Counted from the first letter of the whole stretch, positions 28,100-39,686 are shown. The stretch: DNA of 63,122 nt, filler included, from Octopus bimaculoides (GCF_001194135.2; 6 parts of 6 records of this genome joined end to end with filler, not necessarily neighbours in it), one strand, 5' to 3'. Translations and numbers: made by a program. Notes: generated from the letters alone by a model not told the origin.

Positions 28100-28325
28100 C
28101 TATGTATATTTCCTATTTAGTATTGGGGAAGTTTCATTTATAAGGACGTACTCCCGTATTTGTCTTAGAGTTGGGTCTTTTGGGTGCTTGGATAAGATGC
28201 GGATGTCAAGTTGACCCAAGTTGCCTCCATGTTGGTCTTTGGCATGTTGGTAGAGTATGGAGGACTGTTTTTTGTCGTCATATTGTCTCATATGTTCGTT
28301 TAGTCGTTCCGCAATGCTCCTAGGT
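28100..28325 (-). pseudogene. 3' fragment of a second Penelope-like element (GIY-YIG C-terminal half)
   Basis: RSIAERLNEH...SSILYQHAKDQH...IRILSKHPKDPTLRQIREYVLINETSPILN matches the PLE endonuclease pattern R.L.ER..EH...S....H...IL.....R.I.E...I....P.LN. Confidence 0.75.
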
Positions 28326-28865
28326 ATACATATATATACACACACGTACATATATATAACTAACTCGCTTTGTGATCATGAGTGCACCAAACCTCACATG
28401 TGCGTATGCTCAAATTTTTGCGGATGCTTGTATGAGCGTGTGTACTCGTACCATGCGATTTGCCCGAGGGCGTTTATACATCCATATCTGTTAACGGCTA
28501 TTTTCAATACTGTTCTCGCTGGATTACGTGTTCGTTTCTCTTTTTGTCATCTGCAATTTTATTTTTGATCTACTATATAAAGGAAGATATTTCTTCCATT
28601 TGGCTGTTTTTCTCTCTACAAAACGGCAAGTTACATTGTGGAACAGTCATTTTAACGAGTTGTATTTATTTATTTATCTCCCGACGAGGTACATCTGTAC
28701 CACTGGATGCTCCTGAACCCGTTGTTGAGTGTCTCACCCAAGAGGAATCGATGCTAGATGAGTTCAAACAATTGTCGTAATTAATAATAAATTCTCGTAT
28801 ATTCCATCTTCTCTCTTTCATTTGTTATATAAATACACACACACACATATATATAATATATATAT

Positions 28866-29160
28866 AAAGAAGCCTTGGTTATAGAACAAACATTAAATTT
28901 GGGTCAACGACTTTACACACAAAACCACCCCCAAACATTTAATCATATATAAAAATCACCAAGGTTTTCCAACACATAAAAAATAATACATATACATAAA
29001 ACAACAGAAGGTAAAAATATCTGATCGAATAAAATACAAATAGAACGGCCAAACAAAAAGTTAAATATACAAGACTAAAAATTCATAAACTACCAAAAAA
29101 CCTGATAGACAAATATAAAATAAATAAAAATAAAAATAAAATAAAATGAGATAAAATAAA
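28866..29160 (+). repeat. About 295-bp dispersed repeat A, copy 1 (probable PLE 3' end / pseudo-LTR)
   Basis: Roughly 85-90% identical by eye to 35203-35498. The plus-strand start reads KEALVIEQTLNLG, like the end of a GIY-YIG domain. Confidence 0.85.
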
Positions 29161-29339
29161 TGTCTACCGACAAAACAATTTTATCAGACGGTTAAAATAT
29201 TCATAATAAACAGACTCCACGCGTCAAATTCAACACTCACATATATCTATGGCCATTTCTGGAGCTTACCACCGCAATTCATTCACACTAAAGTGCATCA
29301 CGGTGATGACCCCCTCATCAGGCTAAACAGGAAACAGGA

Positions 29340-30600
29340 CACACACACAGATAGTTAGTTCATCATATCTTACAATCTCTGGTATCTCTTCCATATTGCA
29401 GTCAATTCGCCAACATGAATAACCTCCCTTGTATTCGTATATTTCCTTCAATCTACTCTTAGGCAACGCAAAACATTTGTGCCATGATTTTCCGTCTGAT
29501 TCGGTTTTTGTCCTTCCACTTTGCGATTTTACTTAACAAGTCTCATCAACTTCCTCAGACATTATAACTAGATAACAATTGGGATGAGAGGTTTGTGATT
29601 TCGTGTGTGTCTGCACTTCTTTTTTCTTTTTATTTTTTGTCGGGTAGAATGGGTGTGTTTGGTGTCAGCAGGGGGAGGGTTGGACTGAGAGGGTATGAGC
29701 TGAGATTCCTGTTCATCTTGACTTCTTTTTTCCTCTTTCTCTGCTTCACCACCTTCCATGTTTCTTCCTCCTTCTCTGCTGTTTCTTCCATCTTCTCCGG
29801 TTACTTTTGATCTTCCTCCCGGCTTTCTTTCTATTTCTCAGGGCAACCTACTCTGATGTGGTCCTTTTGGCCACATTCGAAGCAACGAGGGATTCTATCC
29901 TCCACTCATACTCTCAATACCACTTTACCTATAGTTATGGTCTCTACCATCTTTGCTAAATATTCTGTGGTGCGCTGAATTATAACTTCATGAGTTCGTG
30001 GCCTCTGACTCTGTGGCCTGAATGACTGTTACTTCCTCTTCGCTTCCCAGATACACAACTATCGCCACCCAAGCCACGTCTATTTCCGGGGAAAATTCCC
30101 TCCACCTTGACTCTGGCAGTCCTTTTTCCTAGGTACATTGGTAGGAGGACCACTTTGTCTGTTTTCAGGGGTGTCACCGAGTGTTCCTTTGCTTTCTTCG
30201 TACTTCTAAAATGAACGTTTACAGATCTGAAACGGCTCCCTCTGGTGAGATAAGTTATATCTCGCCAAATTGGCCTCAGTGCTCTTTCAATTACTCAGTT
30301 GCCTCCAATGTAATCTTCTTGTCTTTCACGAAGTACACCTTGTAAACAATAATTTTCTCCAACATTTTCTCCATTATTTCTCCATTATTTGACAATTTAA
30401 CATCGCCACTCTCCCTATCCACCGTGTTTTCGAACCTTCTCAAATTCTTCAGGTTCACCTCCTTTCTACGAATTTCCGTTGCTTCTGCGAAGGTCTTTCC
30501 TTCCAAATGTCTGTCCATTTTTGCACCACTCTCACGAGCTCCTCCTCCGATGAGGACAACTCGTATTCGCTGATATCCTAATATTTTCAAAACAACGCCA
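29340..30600 (-). mobile_element. Decayed gag-like/ORF1 element with CCHC zinc knuckle, copy 1
   Basis: Frameshifted ORF: GYQRIRVVLIGGG...RALRPIWRDITYLTRGSRFRSVNVHF...RTARVKVEGIFP...RCFECGQKDHIRVGCP, then a Lys/Glu-rich region. No RT or APE follows. Confidence 0.7.
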
Positions 30601-30648
30601 AAACAACGCCAGATCATACATTCAAAATAAATGGAAGTGGAGAGACAA

Positions 30649-30689
30649 GTTACTGAAGAGATTGCAAGAGTGCAATGAAATAATTTAAC
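30649..30689 (+). ncRNA. Minimal type-I hammerhead ribozyme motif (same sequence as 15615-15655)
   Basis: Identical core and stems. The downstream 75 bp also match 15656-15729 almost perfectly. Confidence 0.7.
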
Positions 30690-30899
30690 AAAAAACTATA
30701 TAAATTAATAAAGGACTGAACCAGTGCGTGTGTTTATTACCGGCATAATGCCTCTCCCAAGGTCTAATATACAGAGTTAGCCGAGAAATACCTGACCATC
30801 TCTCACAGAGAGAAAGCACAACAACCGAACCGCTGCAAAACAGCAAAAACAATGACAATTCAACAATAAAAACCCCAAGCAATCAAACAGGATACACGC

Positions 30900-31756
30900 A
30901 CAGTGATTCTTTATTAACCACAAGGGGAACATACAGAAAGGACAATACAATACATGTGGGGACATATAACAATTAAAATAATAAAATTATGATAAACATG
31001 AATGAAAACTGAAATGATATATGGAAACGATCTACCTACCCCACCTCAGTAGCATCATTTACTTCCCTCTAGATCCAGTTCATGTTGATTCCATAACGTT
31101 CTTCCAATTCCACATTTTCAATCTCATTTGGCACATTCCTTATATCGCAAATCACATTTCTGTATCTAACACCCACCTTACATTCTTTAACCTCTCATCC
31201 GACATTCCGGCACCAATACACTTGCAACCATATTTTCCTTTTTATCTCCTTTCATACAAACAAATCTCACGTCTCTTCATTGCACCAGTTTCTCCACCAG
31301 TTTCTTATTCACACCCTTATACAAAACACAAGCATTACACATGGCAGGGGAGTTTTGTGAATTTTTGTGTGTTTGCACTTCTTTTTCCGTTTTGTGTCGG
31401 TGGAGAATGGGGTTGTGAAGGTATGAGTGGGGTGGGTACGAGTTGGGGTTCACTTTGATTGTTCTTCCTCATCCTCTGTTTTCTCCTTCCAGTCACTCCC
31501 CAAACTTCTTCCTCGTCTGTTTCATCTTTATTTTCCACCATCTCCTTCGCCTTCTCGGCGTTCTCCTGGGTTTGCTTGTTTTTTTTTTTTTGTGAGGGCA
31601 GTCCGCTCTAATGTGGTCCTTTTGGCAACATTTATAGTAGCGAAGGGTTCTACTCTTCACCCACACTTTCATCACCGTTCTCCTACTGTCACCGTTTCTG
31701 CCAACTTTTCCAAATTTTCTGCTGAAGATTGTATCATCATATCTAAACTTTTCCCT
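30900..31756 (-). mobile_element. Decayed gag-like/ORF1 element with zinc knuckle, copy 2 (5' part lost in gap)
   Basis: RYYKCCQKDHIRADCP (first Cys mutated to Tyr), then the same acidic/Pro-rich region as copy 1 (SEPQLVPTPLIPSQPHSPP vs SQLIPSQSNPPP). Followed by a 3' UTR with AATAAA near 30915. Confidence 0.65.
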
Positions 31757-32619
31757 NNNNNNNNNNNNNNNNNNNNNNNNNNNNNNNNNNNNNNNNNNNN
31801 NNNNNNNNNNNNNNNNNNNNNNNNNNNNNNNNNNNNNNNNNNNNNNNNNNNNNNNNNNNNNNNNNNNNNNNNNNNNNNNNNNNNNNNNNNNNNNNNNNNN
31901 NNNNNNNNNNNNNNNNNNNNNNNNNNNNNNNNNNNNNNNNNNNNNNNNNNNNNNNNNNNNNNNNNNNNNNNNNNNNNNNNNNNNNNNNNNNNNNNNNNNN
32001 NNNNNNNNNNNNNNNNNNNNNNNNNNNNNNNNNNNNNNNNNNNNNNNNNNNNNNNNNNNNNNNNNNNNNNNNNNNNNNNNNNNNNNNNNNNNNNNNNNNN
32101 NNNNNNNNNNNNNNNNNNNNNNNNNNNNNNNNNNNNNNNNNNNNNNNNNNNNNNNNNNNNNNNNNNNNNNNNNNNNNNNNNNNNNNNNNNNNNNNNNNNN
32201 NNNNNNNNNNNNNNNNNNNNNNNNNNNNNNNNNNNNNNNNNNNNNNNNNNNNNNNNNNNNNNNNNNNNNNNNNNNNNNNNNNNNNNNNNNNNNNNNNNNN
32301 NNNNNNNNNNNNNNNNNNNNNNNNNNNNNNNNNNNNNNNNNNNNNNNNNNNNNNNNNNNNNNNNNNNNNNNNNNNNNNNNNNNNNNNNNNNNNNNNNNNN
32401 NNNNNNNNAATCAGCAGGACGCACGCACAGAGCAAAACTTTTTTATGAAAAGCTTCTACTTTTCATGAAAAGCTTATATAATTTAAAAGAAAAACCCATA
32501 TAATTTAAAAGGAAAACGGAACAGTCCAAATTTTCTAAAAAAAAACAAACTATTGTTAGACACTCGGGTGGCTGTAGTTAACAGATATTTAACCTCGCCG
32601 GTTTCAAATCCCCGTAACA

Positions 32620-35073
32620 CTAAACAATTTTATTACATCTTTTATTTCTATATACTTTCAAAAAGGTGGACGAAAACCTATGGTTGCAAAAAGGGATGAC
32701 CTCAGTAAATTTATTCAAATTTTTTGGCCCAAAAGACTTAAAGATGGCAAGGGATTCTTTTACACATAACTTACACTTATTTATATTTACTCTGAAGTAA
32801 GTGGCTCTCGAAATAACGAACCATTCCAGAGAATAACTCTTATTGTTCCTCCCTAGATTGTGTATATAAGATGCAAGTGTGGTAGAGCTACAGCATTTTT
32901 CGTTTGAAAACGAGCTCAAGTGGGCCCTATACCTAGCCTTAAAATTTACTGTACAACCTATGTAAAACTTATCTAAATTATCCTCAGATTTAACAGCGCA
33001 TTTATAAATTGTATTAGTAATTAGACAGAACCCATCAAGGGTTTCTACAATTACATGATTTCCCTAACCTTATTTCTACTACTAACAGTACTTGTCAGGT
33101 TTGCTGCATTCACTCCTTCACATCTCTCATCACTGGGCTTCGATACACCTGATGGGAGCAAAATGTTAGCATCACTAACCTTAGGCGTATCAGAACTTAC
33201 CTGCCCAGAACTGGGGTTTCCATCAGAAGAACATCTCCAGTGCCCTTGCCCATTTAACTTGCTTCAATTTATATATGCAATAATGGAGGCTAAATTTGGT
33301 ATTACTGAGTAAGAGAACTTGATAGAAGACTTATAGCAACGGCTGTAGTATTTATGACCCTTTGGGAAGTTCTCCTCCAGAATCCTAAAAAATATCTTGG
33401 GCAAATTTCTTACTCTGAGAGAAAAAAGGGGCGTGAACCATATTACTTCCCTTATTCTAGAACGTAGCTCTTGGTTTTACTTATCTCCCCACTACCACTA
33501 TTTCACTTCTTATAACTATTCCTAACCTTCTTAAATACCTTTCTAACCAATGGCTTATTTTGGTTGCAATCAGGTAATGCATTGCTTTTTTCCAGACCAA
33601 CCGTGACATGGTCAGGTGGTAGACTAGCCATCTTGTTTTTAAATCTCGTGGTAAGTATATATGATATTTTAGTTTTGAAACCGCTTAATTTTAGAGCGTT
33701 GTTGTACACTGGCGCATGTTGATCGAAAATCTCTTCATTTGCGGATAAATTAAAGATTCTGATCGGAATAGCGGTAACGATGCTATCTATAGTGGATTTG
33801 GGGTGATTGGACGATACATTTATATATGAGATGGATTTGTTTGGCTTACGAAATGGGTAGTATAAACCCGCATCCAAACACAATGTAACATCCAGGAAAT
33901 TCACCACTCTGGAGTTTACATCAAAGATAATGTTAAGATTTAAGAAATCCGTTAAGAAACCTCTCAGGGATTTCCTCAATCTATTCAATGCAGTTTTAGA
34001 CTGGCGACGTACAGCTAGAAGCGCATCATCCCTATATAGTCCCCCGGTGAGGAGAGGAAAACTATCCTTAATCTGCGAAAGGCGATATAGGCCCACTAAG
34101 TCAGTCACCTGTGCAGAATCAGTTGACTCCATGGTTATATCGAAGAAATCGGTGGAATAAACTCTCAGCCAATCACGTTCGTAGGAGATATTACATCAAT
34201 ATCTGAACAAGGTATATCCACAAATTTGCGGGAGAAAATCAAGGCTTTGTTCAGCAATATAGGCGATAGAATTATAATAGTTCGAGATATCAAATTTTAT
34301 AAATTAGGTTTATCCTTAAGGGAGTCAAACCATAGGTTAACATCCCCAGTAAATTTCCATAAGGGAAGTTGAACTTTATCCCTTACTATGGGAATAATGC
34401 GATCAATAATATATTTACTGATTCTACCCAAATCAGATTTGGTCGGGCAGATCAATTTAATCGAAGGATTTGATAAAAAAATCAGACTTATGGTCCTTCA
34501 AGAAGGCATGGTGAGTATTTGGAGCATAAGGCTGGGTTATGTCAAGCAGGCCCAAACCAGAGATGATTTCTAAGTGAGTGTCATTTATTATATCCACAGC
34601 ATTTTTGCTTGTATGTTTATAACCAGAGTTTAACTCCTTCAGGATCAAGTCATTATAAACTTTCGGCGGTACAGAATAAATGTTTCCGGTTTTATCCGAT
34701 AGAACGTGCAAATTTGGGAGATGATTTCATTGCGAATATCTTATTAGACAGGAGTTTCTGGAAAGGATTCGTGTATTTGGAGAACTTCAACCGTTTAATG
34801 AAATTCATAAGGTCATGTTCAAATTTAGCAATAGCTGGGCTGGACGATGGATTCCTATAAGTTTCGAGGTTATAATAGTTTTTCTTGTCACAAGAGTCAG
34901 TTCCATTCATACTATTGTTGTCCTTTCCGTTATTTTTCATATCAAAGAAGAAAGCACGCCATCTTAGCATATTAATAAATTCTGCGGATTTTATGGACTA
35001 GTGATTCCAAATATGCATTCTTCGAGGGTATGGGGATATTTTTCGTCGAAGAACTCAAACAATGCTTATTCAT
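32620..35073 (-). mobile_element. Penelope-like element, Naiad-type (RT plus C-terminal GIY-YIG), full span but frameshifted
   Basis: From ATG 35073: STKNIPIPSKNAY...MLRWRAFFF, SDKTGNIY, FLKDHK, FDISNYY, FFDITMESTDSAQVTDLVGLY, GLYRDDAL, VNFLDVTL, PFRKPN, SNHP, VIWFTP, CNCR...LDGFCL, IYK...FYIG, CKLCVKE...LNK..E...CNH. At least 6 frameshifts or stops. Confidence 0.9.
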
Positions 35074-35202
35074 AATGCAGCCTATAGGAAGTGCTCAACG
35101 AGAAAATGAATACAACAAGAAATAATATTTGTCTCCTTTTACAGAAACAAAAGGGTTTATAGGACTGCAAAAGAAGTGCTCAAATATAAATGAAACGAAG
35201 AT

Positions 35203-35498
35203 AAAGAAGCATTGGTTATAGAACAAACATTAAACTTAGGTCAACGACTTTACACACAACAACACCCCTCAAACATTTAATCATATATAAGAATTACCAA
35301 GGTTTTCAAACACATAAAAAATAATACATATACATCAAATCACTGAAGGGAAAAAATGTAATCGAATAAAATCCAAATAGAACGGCCTATCAAAAAGTTA
35401 AATATATACGACTAAAAATTCATAAACTACCGAAAAACCTAATAGACAAATATAAAATAGGTAAAGATAAAATAAAATAAAAAATGAGATAAAATAAA
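35203..35498 (+). repeat. Repeat A, copy 2, bracketed by a 50-bp inverted repeat
   Basis: Direct repeat of 28866-29160. 35110-35160 and 35494-35543 are reverse complements with one mismatch and one indel. Confidence 0.85.
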
Positions 35499-35569
35499 CC
35501 CTTTTTTTCTGTAAAAGGAGACAAATATTATTTCATGTTGTATACATATATATACACATACATATATAC

Positions 35570-35616
<47 letters not shown>

Positions 35617-36600
35617 NNNNNNNNNNNNNNNNNNNNNNNNNNNNNNNNNNNNNNNNNNNNNNNNNNNNNNNNNNNNNNNNNNNNNNNNNNNNNNNNNNNN
35701 NNNNNNNNNNNNNNNNNNNNNNNNNNNNNNNNNNNNNNNNNNNNNNNNNNNNNNNNNNNNNNNNNNNNNNNNNNNNNNNNNNNNNNNNNNNNNNNNNNNN
35801 NNNNNNNNNNNNNNNNNNNNNNNNNNNNNNNNNNNNNNNNNNNNNNNNNNNNNNNNNNNNNNNNNNNNNNNNNNNNNNNNNNNNNNNNNNNNNNNNNNNN
35901 NNNNNNNNNNNNNNNNNNNNNNNNNNNNNNNNNNNNNNNNNNNNNNNNNNNNNNNNNNNNNNNNNNNNNNNNNNNNNNNNNNNNNNNNNNNNNNNNNNNN
36001 NNNNNNNNNNNNNNNNNNNNNNNNNNNNNNNNNNNNNNNNNNNNNNNNNNNNNNNNNNNNNNNNNNNNNNNNNNNNNNNNNNNNNNNNNNNNNNNNNNNN
36101 NNNNNNNNNNNNNNNNNNNNNNNNNNNNNNNNNNNNNNNNNNNNNNNNNNNNNNNNNNNNNNNNNNNNNNNNNNNNNNNNNNNNNNNNNNNNNNNNNNNN
36201 NNNNNNNNNNNNNNNNNNNNNNNNNNNNNNNNNNNNNNNNNNNNNNNNNNNNNNNNNNNNNNNNNNNNNNNNNNNNNNNNNNNNNNNNNNNNNNNNNNNN
36301 NNNNNNNNNNNNNNNNNNNNNNNNNNNNNNNNNNNNNNNNNNNNNNNNNNNNNNNNNNNNNNNNNNNNNNNNNNNNNNNNNNNNNNNNNNNNNNNNNNNN
36401 NNNNNNNNNNNNNNNNNNNNNNNNNNNNNNNNNNNNNNNNNNNNNNNNNNNNNNNNNNNNNNNNNNNNNNNNNNNNNNNNNNNNNNNNNNNNNNNNNNNN
36501 NNNNNNNNNNNNNNNNNNNNNNNNNNNNNNNNNNNNNNNNNNNNNNNNNNNNNNNNNNNNNNNNNNNNNNNNNNNNNNNNNNNNNNNNATATACATATAT

Positions 36601-36631
<31 letters not shown>

Positions 36632-36846
36632 CATACACATATATATACATATATACATACATATATATATATACATACATATATACATACATACATATAT
36701 GCATACATACATATATATATTTGTATACATACATACATGCATATATATATATATATATATATATACATACATACATATAAATATATACATATATATACAT
36801 ATGTATGCATATATGTATATACATATATATATATACATAGACACAC

Positions 36847-36881
<35 letters not shown>

Positions 36882-37340
36882 TATGTATATATACATATAT
36901 ATATATATACAAAAACCTATATATATATACATATATATGTCTGTGCATTCATGCGTGTATTCATGCATGAATATATGTACAGTAGAAAAGTACTCGATCA
37001 ACGTAGAGAGTAAATATGTTATAATAATAAAAAAAATCACGAATCTTGTTAAATACAGCTAGCCAGGGTTTCCTAGTCGAAGTAATAGTTTATTTTGCCA
37101 TCTATCAAGCTGAGAACAATACAGTTTGTCTTTTTTAGCAGATAATGTTTAAAGAAGAGACGGTTCTAAAGAAGACAAGAAAACACAAGGGAGATAACCA
37201 ACGTTATAATCATTCTACGTCAAGCAGACGTAAACAAAATGTTAATGGTTTACTAAATGTCCAAAATTGTAGGGTTGCTGGTCCGGATTCGGCCCTGAAT
37301 GGTTTTAAGTTACTCACAGAGATGGCCTTTAGATAAAAAT

Positions 37341-37540
37341 TGTTAGCTGGCAGAGTTGTTACCACGCCGAACGAAATGTTTAGCGGTATTTCGTCCGCCG
37401 TTGGGTTTTTAGTTCGAATTATGCCGAGCTCGACTTTACCTTTCATTCTTTCGGGGTCGCTAAAATTAGTACCAGTTACGTACTGGTGGTCCATGTAATC
37501 GACTTAATCCCTTCCAAAATTTGAGGCCTCGTGCTCCCAG
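37341..37540 (+). mobile_element. SINE (family of 10848-11077)
   Basis: agctggcaga...cgaaatgtttagcggtatttcg...gttcgaatt...tcgactttacctttcattctttcggggtcg...gtaatcgacttaatccc. Confidence 0.75.
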
Positions 37541-37611
37541 TATTAAAATGATTTATTAAACTTGAATAAGTGTGATACACTGACATTATTATATTAGATA
37601 TGTTTAATTTT

Positions 37612-37895
37612 GGGGAATATAGCGTCGTGATTAAGAGCGCGGGCTACTAAACCCAAGATTCCGAGTTCGGTTCCAGGCAGTGACCTGAATAATAATAATA
37701 GTAATAATAACATCTAAAAATACTTTAGGAATTAGAACCCAAGCTCGAAATTTCCTCAAGACATCTGATGAAGGGTGGAGGGTACATCAGCCGAAACGTT
37801 GTGTTAACAACAAACAAGATGAGGACAAATATCCGTCAAATGCAAATAAAGTAAATAATGTACATAATTCCTCATCTCTTAAATATAGAACTGTA
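37612..37895 (+). mobile_element. Short non-coding element: tRNA-derived head, (AAT)n, then HHR-containing body
   Basis: 37612-37686 has A-box-like TAGCGTCGTGA, an anticodon-arm-like GGG-CTACTAA-ACCC and B-box-like GAGTTCGGTTC. The HHR is at 37760-37805. Confidence 0.65.
37760..37805 (+). ncRNA. Minimal type-I hammerhead ribozyme motif with palindromic stem III
   Basis: GACAT-CTGATGA-A-GGgTG...CAgCC-GAAAC-GTT-GTGTT. The AACGTT palindrome is the dimer-type stem III known from PLE HHRs. One G-G mismatch in stem II. Confidence 0.75.
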
Positions 37896-37920
37896 TTATA
37901 TATGTGTGTGGTGTGTGTGT

Positions 37921-37960
<40 letters not shown>

Positions 37961-38548
37961 CAAGAAAGCAATAAATAAAATAAAATTGATAGAGTTCAGT
38001 ATGTTGGTTCAGTATGTTGGCCATAGGAATTTCTCTCAAAGAGACATANNNNNNNNNNNNNNNNNNNNNNNNNNNNNNNNNNNNNNNNNNNNNNNNNNNN
38101 NNNNNNNNNNNNNNNNNNNNNNNNNNNNNNNNNNNNNNNNNNNNNNNNNNNNNNNNNNNNNNNNNNNNNNNNNNNNNNNNNNNNNNNNNNNNNNNNNNNN
38201 NNNNNNNNNNNNNNNNNNNNNNNNNNNNNNNNNNNNNNNNNNNNNNNNNNNNNNNNNNNNNNNNNNNNNNNNNNNNNNNNNNNNNNNNNNNNNNNNNNNN
38301 NNNNNNNNNNNNNNNNNNNNNNNNNNNNNNNNNNNNNNNNNNNNNNNNNNNNNNNNNNNNNNNNNNNNNNNNNNNNNNNNNNNNNNNNNNNNNNNNNNNN
38401 NNNNNNNNNNNNNNNNNNNNNNNNNNNNNNNNNNNNNNNNNNNNNNNNNNNNNNNNNNNNNNNNNNNNNNNNNNNNNNNNNNNNNNNNNNNNNNNNNNNN
38501 NNNNNNNNNNNNNNNNNNNATATATATATATATATATATATATATGAA

Positions 38549-38584
<36 letters not shown>

Positions 38585-38599
38585 GGGAGAATTCACAAA

Positions 38600-38720
38600 A
38601 AAACAAAAGACGGAGATAGGTGGTGTAGAAAACAGACAGTTGTATTAGTATAACGCTCGGGAAGTGAAAAAGTCTTTAACGTTTCGAGCCTATGCTCACA
38701 GAAAGGAACATGAAAAGAAA
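38600..38720 (-). repeat. Dispersed repeat with degenerate HHR-like motif (family also at 22740-22865 + and 9030-9120 -)
   Basis: Minus strand CTTT-CTGTGAGCATAGGCTC-GAAAC-GTT-AAAG followed by cccgagcg...ctaatac. The same downstream text follows at 22785-22810. Confidence 0.6.
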
Positions 38721-39686
38721 CAAGGAGAGAAACAAGGAGAGAATAAAAGAATGTGTAGTGGCTAACGATCTATCATAGTGAATGCCGAACAAAAGGGTCA
38801 AACAGGAGAGCTAGGAAGAAGGGGAGATAATAAAGTATAGTGATCCCAAAACGAAGGTGCGCGTGCGTATGTAAGAGAGTTCATACGTGCGTGTGAAAGA
38901 GGGCTGGTGATCTTGACGTGTGCGTGTGTGTGTGTGTGTAGGTGTGAAAATGTGGGGCTGGGAATTGGTCAGTGCTGGTGTGTGCGTGGTGGTGTGTTGT
39001 GATGTGATGTGCTGCGTGGTATGGTGTAGTGGTGTGTTGTGTGGTGTGGTGTGATGGTGTCGGGAGGTGGNNNNNNNNNNNNNNNNNNNNNNNNNNNNNN
39101 NNNNNNNNNNNNNNNNNNNNNNNNNNNNNNNNNNNNNNNNNNNNNNNNNNNNNNNNNNNNNNNNNNNNNNNNNNNNNNNNNNNNNNNNNNNNNNNNNNNN
39201 NNNNNNNNNNNNNNNNNNNNNNNNNNNNNNNNNNNNNNNNNNNNNNNNNNNNNNNNNNNNNNNNNNNNNNNNNNNNNNNNNNNNNNNNNNNNNNNNNNNN
39301 NNNNNNNNNNNNNNNNNNNNNNNNNNNNNNNNNNNNNNNNNNNNNNNNNNNNNNNNNNNNNNNNNNNNNNNNNNNNNNNNNNNNNNNNNNNNNNNNNNNN
39401 NNNNNNNNNNNNNNNNNNNNNNNNNNNNNNNNNNNNNNNNNNNNNNNNNNNNNNNNNNNNNNNNNNNNNNNNNNNNNNNNNNNNNNNNNNNNNNNNNNNN
39501 NNNNNNNNNNNNNNNNNNNNNNNNNNNNNNNNNNNNNNNNNNNNNNNNNNNNNNNNNNNNNNNNNNNNNNNNNNNNNNNNNNNNNNNNNNNNNNNNNNNN
39601 NNNNNNNNNNNNNNNNNNNNNNNNNNNNNNNNNNNNNNNNNNNNNNNNNNNNNNNNNNNNNNNNNNNNNNNNNNNNNNNNNNNNNN

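Noticed and set aside
28681-28701. CCGACGA-GGTACA tc TGTACC as a hammerhead
   Set aside because: The core reads CCG rather than CUG and no GAAA follows stem II. At best a dead remnant.
29320-29340. CTGATGA followed by a short hairpin on the minus strand
   Set aside because: No GAAA or NUH at the required position.
33035-33266. In-frame TGA codons in the Naiad as possible selenocysteine (some Naiads are selenoproteins)
   Set aside because: TGA at 33035-33037 arises from a deletion frameshift in CNCR..CPLDG. TGA at 33264-33266 is not at a Cys position. The copy has many other lesions and I saw no SECIS.
37612-37686. Functional tRNA gene
   Set aside because: The acceptor stem does not pair and the A/B boxes are mutated. 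Treated as a tRNA-derived head, as for the other SINE heads.
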